A DNA stretch of 11,205 nucleotides from Octopus sinensis (Eukaryota), in contig NW_021827043.1 of assembly GCF_006345805.1 (NCBI RefSeq), positions 1 through 11,205 of the forward strand, given 5' to 3'. Below, one piece after another: positions 7,583 through 11,205 of this stretch; position 1 is the stretch's first letter, and every line of letters begins with the position of its first letter. The position numbers were made by a program, and so were the translations under genes. The notes under the pieces were generated by a model. That model did not search any database, was not told the DNA's origin, and worked only from the letters and a program-made list of their open reading frames with translations.

Positions 7583-10116
7583 CTCATCGCCAAGAAATCG
7601 GCTGTTACCGACATTAATAATAGACACTACGACTTAATTTCTGAATTGGGAATCCTTGACTGCACGCAACCTTACGATCCTAAGACCCCGCACTGCACCC
7701 TAAACCACCATGAAAAGGATTTTCTTGCCAAGCTGTCAATACGATTAATTTGCACAACTAAATCTGACTTGGGTAGAATCAGCAAATCCATATTGGATAG
7801 AATTATTACAGTGATAAGTGAAAGGACGATGTTGCCCTTATGGGAATCTACCAATGACGTTTTATATAGGTTCCACACAATTAAATGTGATGACTCATCT
7901 TCATTTGTACAATTTGATATTTCGAATTACAACTCCTTGATCTCTTCTATCTTACTGAATAAAGCAATCATTTTAGCCGGGAACTTTGTTGAAATATCGA
8001 ACCTAGATATTGATATTATTCAAGCAGCAAGAATGACTCTGATAAATTATGGAAAGCACCACTGGTCTAAATCGCATTCTTTTATTTTATTCGACATCAC
8101 TATGGGATCATCGGACTCGGCTCAAGTAACGGATATTGTTGGTCTATTTTGGTTAGACAAGTTTAAGCGGTTTTTCCAATCTCTATCCGAAGGGATTTAT
8201 TGGGATGACGCATTATCCATCTTCTCTAATCATTCAAATCCTCAGATTGAAAGAATGAAGTAGGACTTTAGAGAATCTCTCAAGGACGTTTATAATTTGA
8301 GCATCGTTTTTGAGAATAATCCTAAAGTGGCAAATTTCTTCGATATTACTCTCTATCTGAATACTAGCTTACACTACCCTTTCCGAAAACCAAACCAAAC
8401 TTTCCGATATATCAATGTTTCCTCAAATCATCCCAAATCAACCATCAATAGCATTATAACTGCAATGTCTATCAGAATCTCCAACCTATCGGCGAAGAAA
8501 AACATCTTTAATCAACACGCCCCAATATACAACAATGCCTTAAAATTGAGTGGGTTCACAAATAATATTGAATACATACACAATACAAAATTAAAAATTA
8601 ACTTGGCCAGCATGGTCAGCGACGGTATGAAACGGATTTCGGATAGCAGAGGCTCCCCTCATGATCCCCAAGGAACTCGAAACAAGCTGATAATGACCAA
8701 TATTTATGCTGATAAAATGAGATTTGGAAATAAGGGAAATAAATGTGATGTGGTTGGTTTTGTAAATGGTAACCACGTTAATAAGGTTAATAATGAGAAT
8801 TGTAATGATTAAAATACCATGGATGATAACAGCAACGGGAGGGAAGGGGTTGCAAATAATAGGAGTCATAAATGTGAATTGAGGTTTAAAGTTGGGCTTA
8901 GGTCTAGTGAAGGTGAAAATAGAAATAAGAATAATACTAATAGTAGTAAAAATAAAAATATAAATATTACTAATAGATACAGAATGGCCTTACCTCAAGT
9001 CAAGCAACATATTGTAATCCCATTATTAATACTAAGTCTAGGATTCGTCAAGTTACTTGGTTTGCCTCTCCCTTTTCATTAAGTGTGAAAGGTTTACCAA
9101 AGCTATTTTTAAAGTTATTGAAGGAAAATATCCCAAAACACCATAAGTACTATTCAATATGTAACAAGTCAACAATCAAGGTGGCCTACTCAGACACTCC
9201 CAATGTCGAATCTATTGTTGCTTCGTTGAACAGAAGTAAAATAAGGCGCTATAATGATAGAAATGATGACAGAAGCTTTAATGGAAAATTCATTAAGGAC
9301 ATAGAAGATAGTAGTAATATTAATAGTACGTCTTCTGAAATCGATTATGAAGGGCGTATTGGAATGACAAATAGTAGAGATAATCATAATAAGGATGTTG
9401 GTGATGATATTATTGATTATAATGATTATCAGGGTGGTAATAATAGTGTTAATTGTAGTGATAATGGTAATACAAATATTAGTAAAAATAAAAATAAAAA
9501 TAAGAATGATGGTAATAGTAAGAATAACAATACATATACATATAACAATACATATACAGGAAAATAGTAGGAACGATGGTGTAAATGATATGGTGGATCC
9601 TAGTACTGGGAGGGGGCATGGTTTCGGAGTGATCAGTAATACGAGACCCCGTAGCAGGTTGAAGAAATGTAATTGTAGGGGCTCATCAGTATGTCCGATT
9701 AGCGGAAATTGTCGCCAGGAAACTGTAGTTTATAAATGTAGTGTTGAGGCTCAAGGAGGTCAGAGAAAAATATATATTGGAAGCAGAGTAGACTTTAAGC
9801 AGAGGTATCGATCCCACCTGAGCTCTTTCAACAATCCTAAATATAGGACCTCTACAACATTGGCATTACATGTTAATGACCTTAAGGAAAGGAATGATGA
9901 ATTTAAAAAATATTATGGCCTATCCTTGCGCATGCCTCCCCTTATAGAATTGGGTCCACTAGATGCGGTTTATGCATAAGGGAAGCATATACTATATTGA
10001 AAAATTACAACAACGCAGTGTTAAATAAGTTCACTGTTACAATACCGGCGTGTACGCATAAGATCCACTCGACGTTCTATAAGAAATTTAGAAATAGAAA
10101 TAGCAATAAAAGTTAG
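7583..10116 (+). pseudogene. Disrupted Penelope-like RT plus GIY-YIG endonuclease ORF
   Basis: RT motifs RLICTTKSDLGRISK, QFDI (D at 7916), FDITMGSSDSAQVTDIVG and YWDD (8198-8209). Thumb-region motifs FFDITL, PFRKPN and YINVSSNHP. Then WFASPF..KVAYSDTPN, CNCx5Cx5C (9668-9712), VVY..YIG (9725-9781) and CGLC..LNK..CTH. Stops at 8261 and 8810; frameshifts near 8975, 9560 and 9908. Confidence 0.9.
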
Positions 10117-10490
10117 AGCTAAGCAATAACAATTGAATTAAATTTAGAAAGTATAGTAAGTAGTAAATGAAATAAAACTAAAGTAATGTAATTATTAAAA
10201 GAAAAAATAGCCATTAGTATAAAATGTGTCAAGGACTTGAACCCGAATACGTGGCTTTGCATGTATGTGAGAACTTATAAGATTGAAGAAAAATAAAATA
10301 AAATAAGTGCAGAAGTGAAATGGTCCAGATGGCGCTGTGTGCATATCATTTACTATGGCCGCTGGATCGAATTATATGCATATAAAATAGCATTCAGGAT
10401 CGGAGAAAAATTTCTGGGAGTACGTAATGTCTCGTTTCTGAATATGGCCGGTATGTAATTGTGTATTTGTTCACGTTTACTATGTGTTGT

Positions 10491-10595
10491 ATGTATAGGA
10501 TATCCTGATGAGGGGAGTGCCAATTTTAAGTAAATGAATTGACTAATATTAATTGGCGCGTCTCCGAAACGGCCGGTAGAGGGACTTCTGTGTAT
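10491..10595 (+). ncRNA. Type I hammerhead ribozyme in the 3' region of the Penelope-like element
   Basis: CUGAUGA at 10505-10511. 14-bp stem II (GGGGA-GUGCCAAUU / AAUUGGCGC-g-UCUCC). GAAAC-GGCCG-GUA with predicted cut 3' of 10578. Stem I is 2 bp (UC/GA), an internal loop, then 10 bp (AUGUAUAGGA/UUCUGUGUAU, wobble-rich). Confidence 0.75.
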
Positions 10596-10749
10596 CTCTG
10601 TAAACTTATATTTTTGTAAATTGTATAATTATTATCTTCTATGTACATTTCGCTAGAATTTTAATTCGTCTTTTAATTTGCCATTGTATGCTTTATTTTT
10701 ATTTATTATTATTCTATTTATTTCTCTTATTGTAACAAATTTATACTTA

Positions 10750-10825
10750 GGAATTACAACCGTGTTTCGTGGTCTGCTACCCCAACAGCTCCTTTATAGG
10801 ATCCAGTTAACTCATCATCAGGAGG
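10750..10825 (-). ncRNA. Degenerate hammerhead motif related to 7075-7169
   Basis: CUGAUGA-UGAGUUAAC...GGUAGCAGACCAC-GAAAC-ACGGUU-GUA. Cores are intact and the stem II flanks resemble the 7075 motif, but no convincing stem I. Confidence 0.4.
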
Positions 10826-11205
10826 AACCACGTCCGGTTTCAGCCCTTACTCCTCTACCGTTTTGACGTCCCCCCCCACTTTCGGAGGTGTCTTCAGCTC
10901 TGGTGCTGGGTATGTGTCTTCTTTCTTCTTCTTTCTTCTGTTCCCTGGCCTCTTCGATGTATCGTCAGTGAGTGTCAGTCGGTGACTGAATGACTTGTCA
11001 AATCTTACATCCCAAATACCTACCGGCAGGCTCCAGCAGGCAGCCCCAGCAAGTTGTCACGTGACACTGTCCACCTTAACTGACTAGTGAAGGCTCGTAG
11101 TTTTAGCCCGCGCTTTTTCTAAACGACCGTCACCTGTCAGTCAGCTTGTCTCACCTAATGATGTTATTTCCCGTCGGCGTGTTTATGACTTTCAAGCCAT
11201 TTTCG

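Larger units (their letters stand above)
7583..10650 (+). mobile_element. 5'-truncated Penelope-like retroelement (C-terminal EN; probably Hydra-type)
   Basis: RT followed by a GIY-YIG domain, an HHR in the 3' region, and a 5' end abutting (TA)n. The 3' boundary is approximate. Clade assignment is from recalled motifs only. Confidence 0.85.

Noticed and set aside
8591-9979. Short antisense ORFs and the Ile-rich start of ORF 9395-9979
   Set aside because: Alternative frames of the Asn-rich linkers; only the part of 9395-9979 after ~9560 is the true element frame.

Overview
AT-rich, microsatellite-dense eukaryotic DNA. The SINE and repeat content resembles octopus or another coleoid cephalopod; that assignment is from recall and is not verified. 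The window appears to be mostly intron of a plus-strand leucine-rich-repeat (LRR) gene: a 72-bp, phase 2-2 LRR exon at 3631-3702 is missed by the ORF track. It carries a decayed, 5'-truncated Penelope-like retroelement (RT plus C-terminal GIY-YIG, 7583-10116) with a hammerhead ribozyme (HHR) in its 3' region, a LINE 3' fragment, a tRNA-derived SINE and an inverted pair of ~220-bp SINE-like repeats. The most notable signal is the number of hammerhead motifs: four with complete core motifs (1049-1100 minus, 1607-1658 minus, 2371-2410 plus, 10491-10595 plus) and several degenerate ones. Two identical HHRs delimit a non-coding 558-bp tandem unit, a retrozyme-like candidate for a circular RNA. In two unrelated elements, inverted duplications begin just 3' of the predicted ribozyme cut site. 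Nearly all ORFs in the supplied track are microsatellite or low-complexity artefacts. All folds and alignments were done by eye.
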